From the human T2T-CHM13v2.0 reference genome, Homo sapiens, in assembly GCF_009914755.1 (NCBI RefSeq), contig NC_060925.1: a stretch of 64,000 nt of DNA. One strand, given 5' to 3'. Both the position numbers and the translations under genes were made by a program. Under the pieces are notes generated by a model, which worked only from the letters and a program-made list of their open reading frames with translations, made no database searches and had not been told where the DNA came from. Shown piece after piece: positions 1 to 12,994 of the stretch. Each line of letters opens with the position of its first letter. Positions within the stretch are counted from its first letter, which is position 1.

Positions 1-1000
1 GATGATTTTATTATAAAGTGAAAGTGGGTCTTATCAAACTTCTTTATGATGCTGTTTCCTTCTGATCTTGAATATTTGAGAATATCTAGCATTTTTATGA
101 TTGAAAGAAAGCACAGCAAAAATTTAAAAAAAACATTGAGAGTCATTTTTTTTTTTGGTCCCAAAGAATTTTATAAACTTAATTTCATGGAATTCTGTCA
201 TTGATTGTTGCTGTGCAATGCTGGAGCCAGACCAAACGTTTTCTCTTATAAGCATTAATTGTGTTTTCTTCCTGGATGATTGTATGATTCTTTCTTGATC
301 TTTGAAATTATGAAGTCCATCTTGCTCAATCTTGGTGCCAATCTTTCTGTATGGATTCTTCCTGAGACACAATGTGTATTTTTAATCTTTATATTCAGAT
401 TTTAATTTTTTTCACGAAATTTTAAATTTACTCTATCTTTGAATTTCTCTTTCATGCATTTGGCATCCTTCAGGGGCAGTTGTTCAATTGTCCACATCTA
501 TTAGTTTCCTTCAGATTTTTAAAGGAATCTCTTTTGTTTTTCAGCGCTGACTGTTTCCTGGATAATTTGCTCCCTTCTGCCTATCCTGTCAATTTCTTTC
601 TGTATCTCTTTTTCTCTCTTTTACCCATTTCTTCTTCTTTGTGTATTTACGTGTGAAAGGGTGAAGATACAGAACCTTGTTTTTGTATTGAACGTCTGCA
701 TTCCCTAATTTTCTTATATTTTATTGCCAATTTTAAAAATCTCATTGTCCTTTCATTCTACTCTTCGAGAATCTTCAACTTTTTGTATCTTCTATTGATG
801 TTTTCTCTCTTAAATATAATTTCATTTCCACAAATTCTTTTAAATTTATTCTCAGGGTATTCATTTTTAATCACCTTGTATAGGTGCTCTATGATGGAAA
901 TAGCTCTCTGAGCATATTAGTTACAACGTTTTCCTATTCCAGGTATTGCTCTTTTTATCTATGTTTCCTTTGCCCAGCTCCAGACTTCCTTGATGAGATA
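1..1000 (-). mobile_element. Old, degraded L1 (L1M-type) fragment, antisense
   Basis: Long T-rich stretch with the composition of antisense ancient L1; boundaries approximate; family from recall only. Confidence 0.4.
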
Positions 1001-1374
1001 ACCTGAGCTCTTTTCCAGTTATCGTAAACATCAATGCCTTTAAGACACCTTCCAAATATCGCCAGATCTGTAAAGATGGTCTCACTGCCTCACAGCCAGA
1101 ATGTATTAGTCTCTTCATCTTACCTTCATAGCACATTGATTATAATTCTACCATAGTATATATCATATTCCACTGTAATCTTTTTATGAGTATCTCCCTT
1201 AGGGAACATCATTCCTCAAGATCAGAAACTATACCCGTACCTATCCGTATAACTTTTCTGTAGCAACTTGCAGTAGTGGAAACATCTAAATGTTCAATAG
1301 GTATGTTTTAATTGCTATTATAAGAATAAACCACCTTGGTTTTAGTCATGTCTGAACTTTTAATTTTTTTTAGT

Positions 1375-1485
1375 TTTTGAGACTTTTCTAGAGAGTAAAT
1401 TCAGGTTCACAAGAAAATTGAGAAGGCAGGATGATATCCTATATACCCTCTGCCACTATGTATACATAGCCACCCTCACAACTTT
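1375..1485 (-). mobile_element. L1MB/L1MC 3'-end fragment
   Basis: 'ttcaggttcacaagaaaattgagaaggcagg...atataccctctgcc' resembles the reverse complement of the L1MB8/L1MC 3' terminus. Confidence 0.55.
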
Positions 1486-4119
1486 TTTGAAATATAAATT
1501 ATATCAACCTCCAGTAAAATATTTACTACAGTTAGTTCTCAACCTTATTATCATTTTTTCTCAACCACATCACTCACAAACTTGGTTTTTTGTCTTAGAA
1601 TAAATGTTGTGCTGTTTTCCCCAGCTTCCAGGATGCTTAGCTGCTTTAGTTCTCCAATGGGACTAATCATTTTCAACAATTTCACTGCATGCTTTACCCC
1701 CTGTGTCTTTTCTTCATCTTGATTCACCTTAACAGAGTTCATCCCCCAGTGAGCTTGCCACTTTGCCCCTTGTCTTTCAAGCACCTGGCACATGATGTGT
1801 TTGGGGGACATTTACTGGAGGTGTTTTAAGTGGAAGGAAGCAAGCTTTTTGGGGGCCTTTATGGTCTGCCCCAAACCCCATTTAGAGAGCAGAGTAAATT
1901 TTCATACAACACTGTGTCAGTGAGACTGGGACACGAAAGTGGGGGCTTAAGTAAGGGGAATTCAGAGAGGAACTTTAAAAAGTGACGGAATGAAGCCAAG
2001 TATACTTAGCAAAGTTGTTCTGAGGCTTCTCACTCTTGAAGATTTTTTTTTGACCTGGAGGGGAGCACCTGGCTGTAGGACCTCTTGCTTAGTTTCTTTA
2101 CCCTCACTAAAAATAATTTCACACTCCACCTACCAAGTTTTAAGACAGGAAATGGGGATTGCTTTAAAGGAGCTAATAAAATATGATGCCCCAGAAGTCT
2201 CCATTGGAGTTTTTTCCCAGCAGACATGTGCAAAAATAAATGTCATTAACTTCCATCTGGATGCATATTGAACAATTTCACTGCATCAAACCAAACAGGT
2301 AGTTCTGTCATAGGACAACATATAGCACAAATAATGTAATGTTTCATGAATTTTACAGGGATACAGTGAAGTGACTTTATTACTAAATGGGCATTTAAAA
2401 CATTAATAATTTTATTCATGAGAATCTATATTTTTAATAAATGAAGTTTTATAAGTATGAAATAGCTCATGTTCATAGAAATAAGCTCAAAAATAAGTGA
2501 ATTTTACCAAAGGAAAGTATAATTTCTTTGTGGTATTAAATAAGAGAAGCACTTGCTTTTTCCATTGTGTAAAGCTCTTTAAAGTTGGGCTAACCCATTA
2601 TAGACAACAAAGTAGATAGTCCATCCAAGTTCAGCAAAATAATCATATTTGAAGCTGAAGTTCTCCATAAAGGAACATCTCTAAATTAGAATAACTGGCT
2701 TGATGATTAACACTAAATCATTAATTTAGAAATAAGACTGATATTTAATCCTGTACAATCATCAAATCTTTAAAGAAAATGTAAATATTCCCCAAGAGGT
2801 GAGAGGCAGTGGATTCATGATAAATGCACTGTGGAAACTCTGGGCTTTGTTTATATACTTGCTTGATACTGTTCTTCAAAGTCTAAAAAGAAAATCTTGA
2901 AAGAATATTCAAACTTCTCAACAGTTCTGACCCCAATAATTTATCATCTAAAATATTAGAAGAAATAAGTCCCTGAATGCTCTCGGGAAAGTAAATCTTC
3001 TCTGAGTTGGCAGCAGGATTTCAATCTCAATCAAACTGGGTCTCCTAAGTCTTGATTTATGAGAAGTAGACAAATTTTTCTTTAAAAAAAAAAACAGAAA
3101 ACTTATAAGGTTCACATACAACCTAAATGAATTCTGTGGTGTTTGTATGCTAGAGATAACAGAGAAGTAAATTATACAATGATCTTATACTTTTTTATTA
3201 TTCTAAATGAAATTTTTATTAATTAGTAAAACATTTCATAAGCATTCAGTTTTTAGATGTGGATTTCTAAGAGTTTTTCTATGTAAATATAATTTACTTA
3301 TTTTTAAATTCCAACTCTTCCTTTCTCTAAGACCAAGTTATTAATGTTTTAAATAATTTAAATAATTAGTTTGACTAAATTTATCCTCTGAGGAAAAAAA
3401 ATGAATTTGTGAAGACTGGATTTTCAGTCTTGGACACTTTTTCATCCAAAATATAGATTTCCTTTCTAAATGAATGCTGAATTAAAAGCAAACTTTAAAA
3501 AACTATGTTTTTATCAATTTATTTTTATATTTTATTATTAGGTAACATGGAATAGTAAATTTCATGGGAACAATCTATTTTCTCTGGGATAATTTTGTTA
3601 TACTGAAATATTTTTAAATAGATGTGTTTGAATGCCTTTTATCACCTTGTTGCAGAAAACAGAATCACCACCAGGTTGCACTAAAACATTTACAATGGCT
3701 TGATTCTGATGGGGGTGGGTGGGTTTCTAAATGCTGCAACCTACATGTGCATGTCAATAAACCATACAGTACTGTCATACCTGCTTTCATTACAGGTTTT
3801 CAGGAGTATGCTGATATTTTATATTACTGAGGTTGCCTACACTTACTTAAGAAAAGTACTTATAGAATAAATCAATTATATTCTTCCTGGGGAAAATATT
3901 TTTTTTTTCTATACTGTGTTTCATACAATCTTCCCAAAGTGGACCAGCCTGGTATCGTTAGTTACTCTTTATTGAAATCCATTCGTAGCTCACTGACGAC
4001 AGCAGGCAGTCCTGGGAAGTGAGTGCCTTTTTAGAGTCAGAGATTCCACTTGTAGATTTCTTACTCTAATTTTTTCAGCCATATACCTTTCTTCATTTCA
4101 CACAACACTAGCAAGCAAA

Positions 4120-4120
<1 letters not shown>

Positions 4121-4168
<48 letters not shown>
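4121..4168. repeat. (TCTA)12 perfect tetranucleotide microsatellite
   Basis: 12 uninterrupted TCTA units counted directly, followed by TA-rich low-complexity sequence. Confidence 0.97.
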
Positions 4169-4169
<1 letters not shown>

Positions 4170-5121
4170 TTTTTATATATATGTATATGTAGATTATATA
4201 TTTTTTCTGTATTTTATATATATATATATATAGAAAAAAAGCTACAGTTTGGGTCATATTTTTCTTTGACCCAAATCCAAACAGTGTTACAAAGGCTTTA
4301 TGTATCTTGAGACATATAAAAATACATTCCCTGAAGTTCATTTATGTAATGTACTTTAGGCTATGTGGAAGACTCAATAAAGAGTCTTCTCTGCCAAAAT
4401 ATTTAGTTAGCAGTATCTTAGTTAGATGACAGATTAAGTTCATGTAAATTTAGATACTCCAACATCTTCTCTGGATACATTTTGAAATGAAAGAATTCAC
4501 TAAATAACAAAATATAGTGGTAAACTAGACATATTTAATAAAAATACTATAAGAAATATATATTTTAGAAAAATGTGTATGCACAAATCTGTGTTTATAA
4601 TTTAAAAATTAGAAACAGTTATGATAACTCATAGTAACAATATTTCCTTACTAGAAGCCATTTCTGTCTTCCTGCTAGTTGTGGTCTTGTTTTTGTACAT
4701 TATTTTCCTTGGGCCCCAAGCTTATCTCTGCTGGACTCTTCATCTTTAGAGGTTATGCCTCTCACAATGCTGGCTTTAAGGTCCTCTCTGAATCACTCAA
4801 AAGCTGGGGTTTGCAAAACTCAAATATCTTCAGAGGTTAGGAAAATAACAAAAACAAATGAAAAAACTTGATAAAATATTAAGTGGTGGCAGCTTCAAAA
4901 ACATAGAAAATATATACTTTACTGAAAAGTACTCAAATTCAATTATTTTAAAAACATGGTTCTGGCCTGACAAAACACAGCAGCCTGAACGTTGGCCACC
5001 TCAACACTATATTTTACCAGTCCTATTTCCATTGTATAAAACTGTTGCTGTTGGTCTGCTGGGTTACTTTTCTCTTTATCTGCCTCTGTTGCTTGCATTT
5101 GTATACTGTAAGTTCCATGTT

Positions 5122-5200
5122 GGGAGGAGGAAGAGCAGGAAGAAGAGTAGGAAAAAGAGGAAGAGGAGGAGGAAGAAGAAAATGAAGAGGGAAGAGACAG
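5122..5200. repeat. GA-rich low-complexity (GGA/GAA)n tract
   Basis: gggaggaggaagagcaggaagaagagtaggaaaaagaggaagaggaggaggaagaag. Confidence 0.85.
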
Positions 5201-5583
5201 GATCTCCCTTTTCACTCCAGGGAAATAATGACTCTTTTGCTCATTTATATTTACCACTTGAGACATCACCTTAGTCTGTATTGGGCTCAGTTTCCCTATA
5301 CAACATTTTCCAAGATTTCTGTTTAACTTTGACATTTGCTTATATCCATTCCTCTTACTGTGCGGCTCCCCGCCTCTAAGAGTAATTACTCAGGAGATCT
5401 AAAACTGTCTCTTAAGGCAAAGCTTCCCAACCATATGAAGGAGGCCCTTGTATACTTTGACATTGATCCTCATATCCCTCACCTTGTTCTGAAGCCACGG
5501 GAACCTTGAGGTTACCTGCAGGGATAAAGAAGGCTCGCACAAGAATTAGATCTTCTCCTGCATCCTCTTTACTCTGCTGTGTC

Positions 5584-5880
<297 letters not shown>

Positions 5881-8029
5881 CCAGTATGTCTTCTAACTAC
5901 TTCATTTACTCAGAGCTCTTGAGGTGAACAAGTTTGGAAAGTACTACCTTATGAGAAAATATGGCCCCTTAACCACATGGTCAGTTATCATTTTGGTCAA
6001 GTGTTTGTCATCTGCAAAACATCTTCACAGGATTGATTAATCTGTCCTTATGACCTGTATTGACTTCAGACTCACTATCACATATCTGTGGCATCTTTGA
6101 TTTATAGATCCCAAGAAGGCAGACTCTTATTTTATAGAGCATATAGCCTATCTACTTTGTGTGCTAAGAAGGACCAGGGGGAGAAAGAGGACTGTCACCA
6201 GGAGGAATGTGTCCCAGAGAGGCAAATCGTCTTTTCTTATTTCCCCTAGCTTTCTTCCTTTCTTCACAGCTTCATGGGAAAAGGCAAAACATCCTTGATT
6301 TTTATACAAACCCTTTCTCTCCTTTTCAAACTGCTGCTGTCCCAGGAGAGGTAAATTCTTTTTATTAATTATAAGTACTTTAAATTTTCCTTCATGTACT
6401 ATTTGTGACTAGCGGTTTGAACCAACTGGTTTTGCAGCTTGGGGTTTGGACCTTTCATTGCTTTTGTGTTTGTAACTCTTCTGCCCATTAATTTAGGGTT
6501 TTCTTTCCTGTCCTGATGCTTTGCCTGTTCTCCTTACTCAGCTAATTTTCTGCTGCCTCACTTGACTACACGCATTAACATCTTACAGTTTAAATATCCA
6601 ACTTTCTACTTCTTTTGTGCTTAATCCTGACTCTGACATTCAACTATTCCCTGGTCTTGTTGAATTGCCTCCTTTCAGCCTATTCTGACCCTTTCTTACT
6701 AAATGATCTTGTACTACTTTCTGGTTTCCCAGTCTCAACATCTGCCTCAAACTTTACTCCAGTTCCTCCAAAAATTATTCCTGGAGCATTTAAACGAGTA
6801 CGGAGAACTGTACTCTCACCCATGTGGTTTTTTTCCAAGAAAATAAATTTTACTCAAAGGTAAAACATCAGATCTTGTTTTCTTCTGATTTCTGGCCAGT
6901 CCTCTCCCATTTCAAGTGCTAGGAACAAGGACGTGCCTGACTCCTGCTCATCTTCTTCTCTCTCACAGGGAGCTCTCAGGGCAGAGGAACTTCTTCCTCC
7001 AGCCTTTGTTGCTTAGTGAGAGTCATTTATATTAATGTGCCTTGCAATGAGAAGTCAGTCAGGTGTCATGAAATTCATTGTCATGTAGAACATAAGGAGT
7101 GTCTACCTTATTAGACTTATTTTTTTTAAATGGGGACATAACTGTTCACTTTCCTTCAGAAAATATTGTATTGAAATAAGATAATTTTCAAAAATAAAGG
7201 CAAACATTTTACGTGTTTAATTATGTTTTTTAAGTTGTATTGATTTTTTTTTCCTGTTTGAGTATCCTTTTCTATCCATGTTACTGCTGTATATAACAAT
7301 TGATTGTTAGAGAAATTGCTTGACTTTACCTCTCACCTTTGGTTAAAAATATAAAGAGCTACTTCACTCTTTAGATAGATAGTTTTTCTTTTATCCTTAG
7401 TAGTACATTGACTAACATTTTACACCACCCCCCCTAAAAAAAATCCCCAAAGGGAATCAAAATGAAAAAAAAATGAAAAAAAACAAGCCTATTATTTGTG
7501 TCTGCTTTTAGAACTCAAATTAATTAGTTAGATGAAATCAAGTTCTATTATTAATCTAACTAAATATACTGAGTATAGAGTAATTTCAGACATCTTCCCT
7601 TCACCAAGTTTATTTAAGGTTCTTTGGCAGGAACTGGTGCTGGAATAGGCAGCTTCTTGGATGCTTTCTACTTGCAATTTGATACCTAATGGTTTTCCTT
7701 TTGGCTGAGAAACTTCACAAACAGAAATGAGCGCTTGATCATGTGACTCGAGCACTGCAGGAGCTTGGGTCTGTGGAAACAAGGCGGGGGCAGCGGTCAT
7801 GGGATGAAGACTGCTCGTGGTTGCTGTGTTCAAGATGTAGCAGGCGAAGAATACATCCTGAGAAGGATAAAGCCATGTCCTTAGAGTTCAGGCATGACCT
7901 CTGAGAGCTGGTTGAACATCCTCCTCCATCCCGGGTGAAGCAGCTGCTTCCACTCTGCTGGATACCCTTTTGGCGCAAGGCAGAATGCATCAAAACTGTG
8001 TGGAGTGAAACGCGTGAACCCTGTTCTAC

Positions 8030-8520
8030 CAACAGTCACACAATTCAGGGAAATTTGCTTTGCTGTTCTTAGCTTCATGGTTTTCATCTCTAAAATTGGG
8101 ATAATATTTAAAAGTTACCATTTATTCAAGACAATGAGCCAACCACTGTGTTAAGTACTTTATATTTTCTCATTTAATCCTAAGTGGAAAAGCAACAAAG
8201 AAGTAGAGTTTAATCGTATGAGTCTATGTTCTGACCTCCTTATGCCCCACTTTTCTCTTCCGTAACCTGGAAATCATGACGGTTTTTACCTTCCAGCATT
8301 GTGAAGATTACTTGAGATAACGAACACAAATATTTACGAAAGTGATTGATCCACGGTAAGAATTCAGTAGATGATGGCTGTGATTAACAGTCCTCAAAAG
8401 GTAGCTATTATTCCCACTTTAAGGATGTGGAAATTGGTACCAATAACAGTTGCTAAGTAGTAGATCTGGGATTCAAGCATAGGTCTACTGGCTATTAAAA
8501 CTTAGCTCAAACCACAAGGC
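8030..8520. mobile_element. Cluster of MIR fragments
   Basis: MIR core-like motifs 'ttttcatctctaaaattgggataat', 'ttattcccactttaaggatgtggaaattgg', 'ctgggattcaagcataggtct'. Confidence 0.6.
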
Positions 8521-9269
8521 TAATAAAAATTCCTGTTGCCCAAACCTTCTCATTCCCTTGGCCTTTTTTCCCACCCAGCCTGTCTTAGCTGGGCCTATTG
8601 GTCTCTATGGAGCACACTAACAGTCATTTCTACTCATCTAGTTCCCAGACAAACCCTGATTTGAGAGAGGAAGTTTCAAACCAGACTCAGCTTCTCCATC
8701 CTTTGAGGCTGGATATTGAGTCACTCTTCCTGTTACTGTTAACTCAGGACAAAGAGTTCCAGCACTAACCACAGAGTCTTGTCCTGTTCAGTAAAGAATG
8801 CACCACAGCCACCTCATGAGAAAGAGGAAGGCCTTCTGACTCCGGCCGCTGCCTCTCAGTCCCACTCCTGCAGTCGCCTCTGTATCTCTTCCCCTCTTGT
8901 CCTCCACACTCTACGGTTCTCAAAACCAGGCTCTGCTTGCTATTAGTACTGACAACACTGTCATCCACACTTTATATACGTCCCTTCTAATATTTATTGT
9001 ATCCCTTGTGGCGACTATTAGTATCTCAAATTTAGATTGGAGAAGCAAATTTAGAATGATTAAATAATGTGTACAAGGTCACACAACCATTTATCTTTAT
9101 AATGATAATAATCTGCATTTATTATTCATGAATATTTCAAAATCACCTAGAACAAGGTTTCTCAAGCCCAGCATTATTCCAGCCAGTGGAGACAGTGTGC
9201 TGTCCCCATTTGTTGACAGAGCACTGAATTTACAAACATTAACTCTACTTATACCTCATTACCTCTACT

Positions 9270-9415
9270 CTCATCCCATTGGCCATAATTAACTATATGG
9301 CCACACCTAACTAGGCTGGGATATGTGGCTTTTATGTCCATACAAAAAGCAGAAATTCTGTTACTATAGAAGAAGAACATAGAAATTGGCAACAACTAGC
9401 AATATTTGCCACAAC
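9270..9415 (-). mobile_element. MLT1 (MaLR LTR) fragment
   Basis: 'cccattggccataattaactatatggccacacctaac...caactagcaatatttgccaca' is typical of an antisense MLT1J/K/L end. Confidence 0.5.
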
Positions 9416-9758
9416 ACTTCATAGTGTTATCATGAGTACCAAGTGCACTGTGAATGTGACAGTGCTTTTGTAAGTTCAAAAGGACTGAACTAATACTGGC
9501 TGCAGACTTCTAAAGAAACCCTTGCACCACAAATCTTGAAATGGTACCAACTCATGAAAATAAGTAATAGTTAGCAACAATCACATCAAGTTTCCCCAGG
9601 CGCAACTAGCTTCACTTCAACTGGGAATTGCCACGAAAACCAGGGTTTATGCTGCTGAGTGAAGTACACAATGATCACAGGAATTCTGGATTTGGAAGAT
9701 TTTACCATTAGCTGTGCTGCAAATCATTTGATTTTCATGCCATTTTTCTAGACTGGGA

Positions 9759-9763
<5 letters not shown>

Positions 9764-9793
<30 letters not shown>
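9764..9793. repeat. (AC)15 microsatellite
   Basis: Direct inspection. Confidence 0.95.
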
Positions 9794-9795
<2 letters not shown>

Positions 9796-10049
9796 CTCAT
9801 TTACTGTAGTTCTCACATAGACATCTGAAAAAGGAGTCTACTGATTGTACACCTTATATTCAAGGACCTTTGACTTGGGAATTGAGTTTGTCAGGTACTG
9901 TACCAGTCTGCTTTGACTAAGCCAAATTCTGAGTCCAATTTTCACTTTTCTTATCTGCAAAACTAATGAAAAGGATGAGATCATCTCTCCATCAAAGTAA
10001 TAGCATTCTATAAATTTTGCTTTCCTCAGCCACTACATAAAAGTCAGGG

Positions 10050-10420
10050 CTAAAGATTGGTGGGAGAAGAGCCACAGGCTCCCTTTGGTGGTCTGAATAA
10101 TCTACTGTGGATCACACAGCAGTCATTGGCTGGCTGGGACTCTTGGTTCAGCTGAGGTCCAGGCATAACAGGCCCGCCCTGCTGCCTCAAACCGAGGTGT
10201 ATTGAGGAAGACGCATGTGGCTGTTTACACAGGGCCTGGAAGCCGGGGCCTGGCTCATGCTGAGCTCAGCTTCTCACTTCTCTGAGAACTGGAATTCCCC
10301 AAATTTTCCCCCAAATTAAAAGAACCAACAAACTGTATTATAAAAACAAACAGAATTTGTTTTTCTTTTAACAAATAAAAACTAATTTATGCTAAAGCTT
10401 TGTTGCCTTGAGTCAAGCCA
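10050..10420. promoter_or_regulatory. Candidate enhancer/promoter in locally GC-richer unique DNA
   Basis: ATTGG (CCAAT) at 10056 and 10125, GC box CCCGCCC at 10173, forkhead TGTTTAC at 10222, palindrome GCTGAGCTCAGC at 10259-10270, NF-kB-like GGAATTCCCC at 10291, AP-1 TGAGTCA at 10409. Confidence 0.35.
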
Positions 10421-10869
10421 ACCGCATGATCCACTGCCAACGCTTCTCTGTATTAACTTCTCAAGTTTTTCAAGCTTAGTCCTTGCTGGAAAAAGTATAG
10501 GGTTTGCAAGCCACTAATTGGCATAAAATGCTCCTCTATTTTATATAAACACACAGCATAGTATCAAAAATAGAGTTGCATTCATTAGCCTAAAAATCCA
10601 GCTTCCCATGTGAAATCTTTTTTTATGCCCCTCAAGATTTAGGTCTGCCTCTAGAGTTAAAGGAAAACTTGTTTTTTAAACTTGTACTCTGTAATTTCAC
10701 ATAAAAAAGAAAAGATGGCTTTGATTTCTATTTTTACCTATTAACATATTTTATAAGCAGTAAGGCAGAAAATGAAATTTTTCCCTCAACTATTCAGTGC
10801 TAATATTATTAGGACAGCAAATCTGAAATTAAGCAAATCCATAGCAATATCGACAACAGCATAATAATA

Positions 10870-11221
10870 CAGGTATATCTTGCTCTATTCCATGTTGCTT
10901 TACTGTGCTTTGCAGATACTGATTTATGTTAATAAACTGAAGATTTGAGTTTGTGGCAACCCTGCCTCGAGCAAATCTATTGGTGCCAGTTTTCCAACAA
11001 TGTGTGCTCACTTCAAGTCTCTATGTCAGCATTTTTCAGCAATAAAGTATTTTTAATTAAGGTAGTACTTTTTTTAGATATAATGCTATTGCACACTTAA
11101 TAGACTACAGTATAGTATAAACATGACTTTTATGTGCACTAGGAAACCAAAATAGTTGTGTGTAACTCACTTTATTGAGGTGGACTGGAACCAAACCCTC
11201 AGTATCTCCGAGGTATGCCTG
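10870..11221 (-). mobile_element. Internally deleted Tigger1 derivative (TcMar-Tigger MITE) with both termini
   Basis: ta|caggtatatct ... ctccgaggtatgcctg|ta; terminal inverted repeats and TA TSDs; interior matches Tigger1 ends. Confidence 0.85.
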
Positions 11222-11379
11222 TAAAAACACCAGATATGTTTCTATGGATACTGCCACAGATTGGTGATTAAATCTTGATCACATTTTGCGAAGCTAATTG
11301 TTTGCAATCCTTTGTGATTTTCAGTTCTGAGTACACTAGGCCCCGTCATCACTCTAAGCAGATGACTACTCCTTCTGCT

Positions 11380-12950
11380 TTACTGAGAGCAAGATTCAGG
11401 GTGTCCTTGGTAGGTCCTTTCCTAACTCAAAATCCCTCTATATCCCAATTCCTTCAGGCCTTCTTTTCCCTCAAAGGATTAGGCATTGCTTATGCCTTCT
11501 TTTCTGCATGAGACCCCCTCCACCTGTATTCTTGGTTTCATAGACTCAAACTACTCCACAAGTTTATCAGTCTCTGCTTCTTCAAACATGTTTCTTCTCT
11601 TAATCTTTCTGAATTACAAACAAGTTTTTCCCCATTCTAAAAACAATGCTCTATTTTTCCATCCCCCATAGCTCCTCAGCCCACCAGACCTCCCTCCTGA
11701 TCAACTCCAAATTCTCAAAATTATTGTGTAAATCAGCTGTCTACATTTTCTCCTTCCTTAGTTGCTCTTCAAATCTTTGAACTCTCATCTCTAGCCCCAT
11801 ATCTTCTCCTGAAACTAGTCTTTCCAAATTTAATAATAATCTCTGGATTACTAAATTTAGTAATTCATTTTAATCCTCATGGTTCCTGACTTCTGTAGCA
11901 TATGACACTATAAAGACGAATTTCCTCATCCCCATCCTCCACTAACCTGGGCCTACAGACACCAACAGCCCACTGTCTTTCCCTCAATGCCATGGTCCGG
12001 CATTAAACATTCTAAGGGCTTTGGACCTAGTAGATGGACACTGATGTCCCCAAGAACAAGGGGTCCTGCTGGCCTATTTCTAATTGTAGGATGGTGACTC
12101 TGATTTTGATCATTTTCCATGATGAGGTGAATATTTTCTTAGCTTCCACTATACTACAGCGTCCAAATTCGCATTTTCCCACTTCTACACATTCTCCTCC
12201 TCTGTATGGCATCAGCTGCTCCTCAGAGAGACCAAACTCACATTTTCAATACGCTACTAGATATTCCCATCTAGTCCTTGTAAATGGAATTTGCAACCTC
12301 TTACTCTTCCAGGGTCAAGGCCTCAGTGTTGTCTTTGATCTCATCCCCTTCCTCACTGCCCATGATTACCAGGACTGGTTGATTGTCTTTTTGCAAAGAC
12401 TCTGGCAGGTGTCTATTATTTTGATTCCTGCTGCCAAGGCTCTAGTATATGCTCTTGCTATCTTTTGACTAAACTATGTCAATACTGTTTTATGGTTTCC
12501 TGGACTCCAATTGTTCCCAACTTTGGTTTATCTAACACATTTAAATAACTTTCCTATAACGTATCTTTTCATGGTTCTTCAATGACTCACAAGGAAAGGA
12601 CACTAAGGTCACTCTCTTTTGCTGACTTAGGATCCTCTACCATGTGCACCCCATGGACTAGTTGAAATGCTCTACTTACTGCATGCTATCACCTATATTT
12701 TTATCTTCTTGAAACTTGTTTCAATACGTTTCTTCTACTTGGAAGACCTTCAGCCTGGAGATATTCACTCTAAAATCTAGCTGTCATTTTAAGTTCTAAC
12801 TCAAATGCTACCTACTACAAGAATCATTTCTGGATCCCTCCTCACTGCTCCCTTTGAATTTATTATTCTTGGATATAATTTCTCCCTTAACTTAAATCCC
12901 ACTCATATTTTTGTCTCCTATACTTAGCTACAGTTTATTTGAGAGTCAAA
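11380..12950 (+). mobile_element. L2 LINE fragments (degraded)
   Basis: Pyrimidine-rich L2-like motifs such as 'tctcctgaaactagtctttccaa', 'tgacttctgtagcatatgacact', 'ttctaactcaaatgctacc'. Confidence 0.55.
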
Positions 12951-12994
12951 CAATTATTAGTCATTTCAAGAATAAATTAAGGGAATGGGAAGAT

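Noticed and set aside
3711-3723. G-rich motif gggggtgggtggg as a G-quadruplex
   Set aside because: Only three G3 tracts; no canonical fourth tract nearby
4858-5335. 138-aa and 130-aa ORFs with poly-Lys/Arg or poly-Ser runs, resembling an NLS-bearing protein
   Set aside because: Both are translations of the GA-rich low-complexity tract on opposite strands; no domain or gene structure
12034-12468. 144-aa ORF with a repeated RPNSHF motif
   Set aside because: Lies in degraded L2-like sequence; the repeat is a short local duplication
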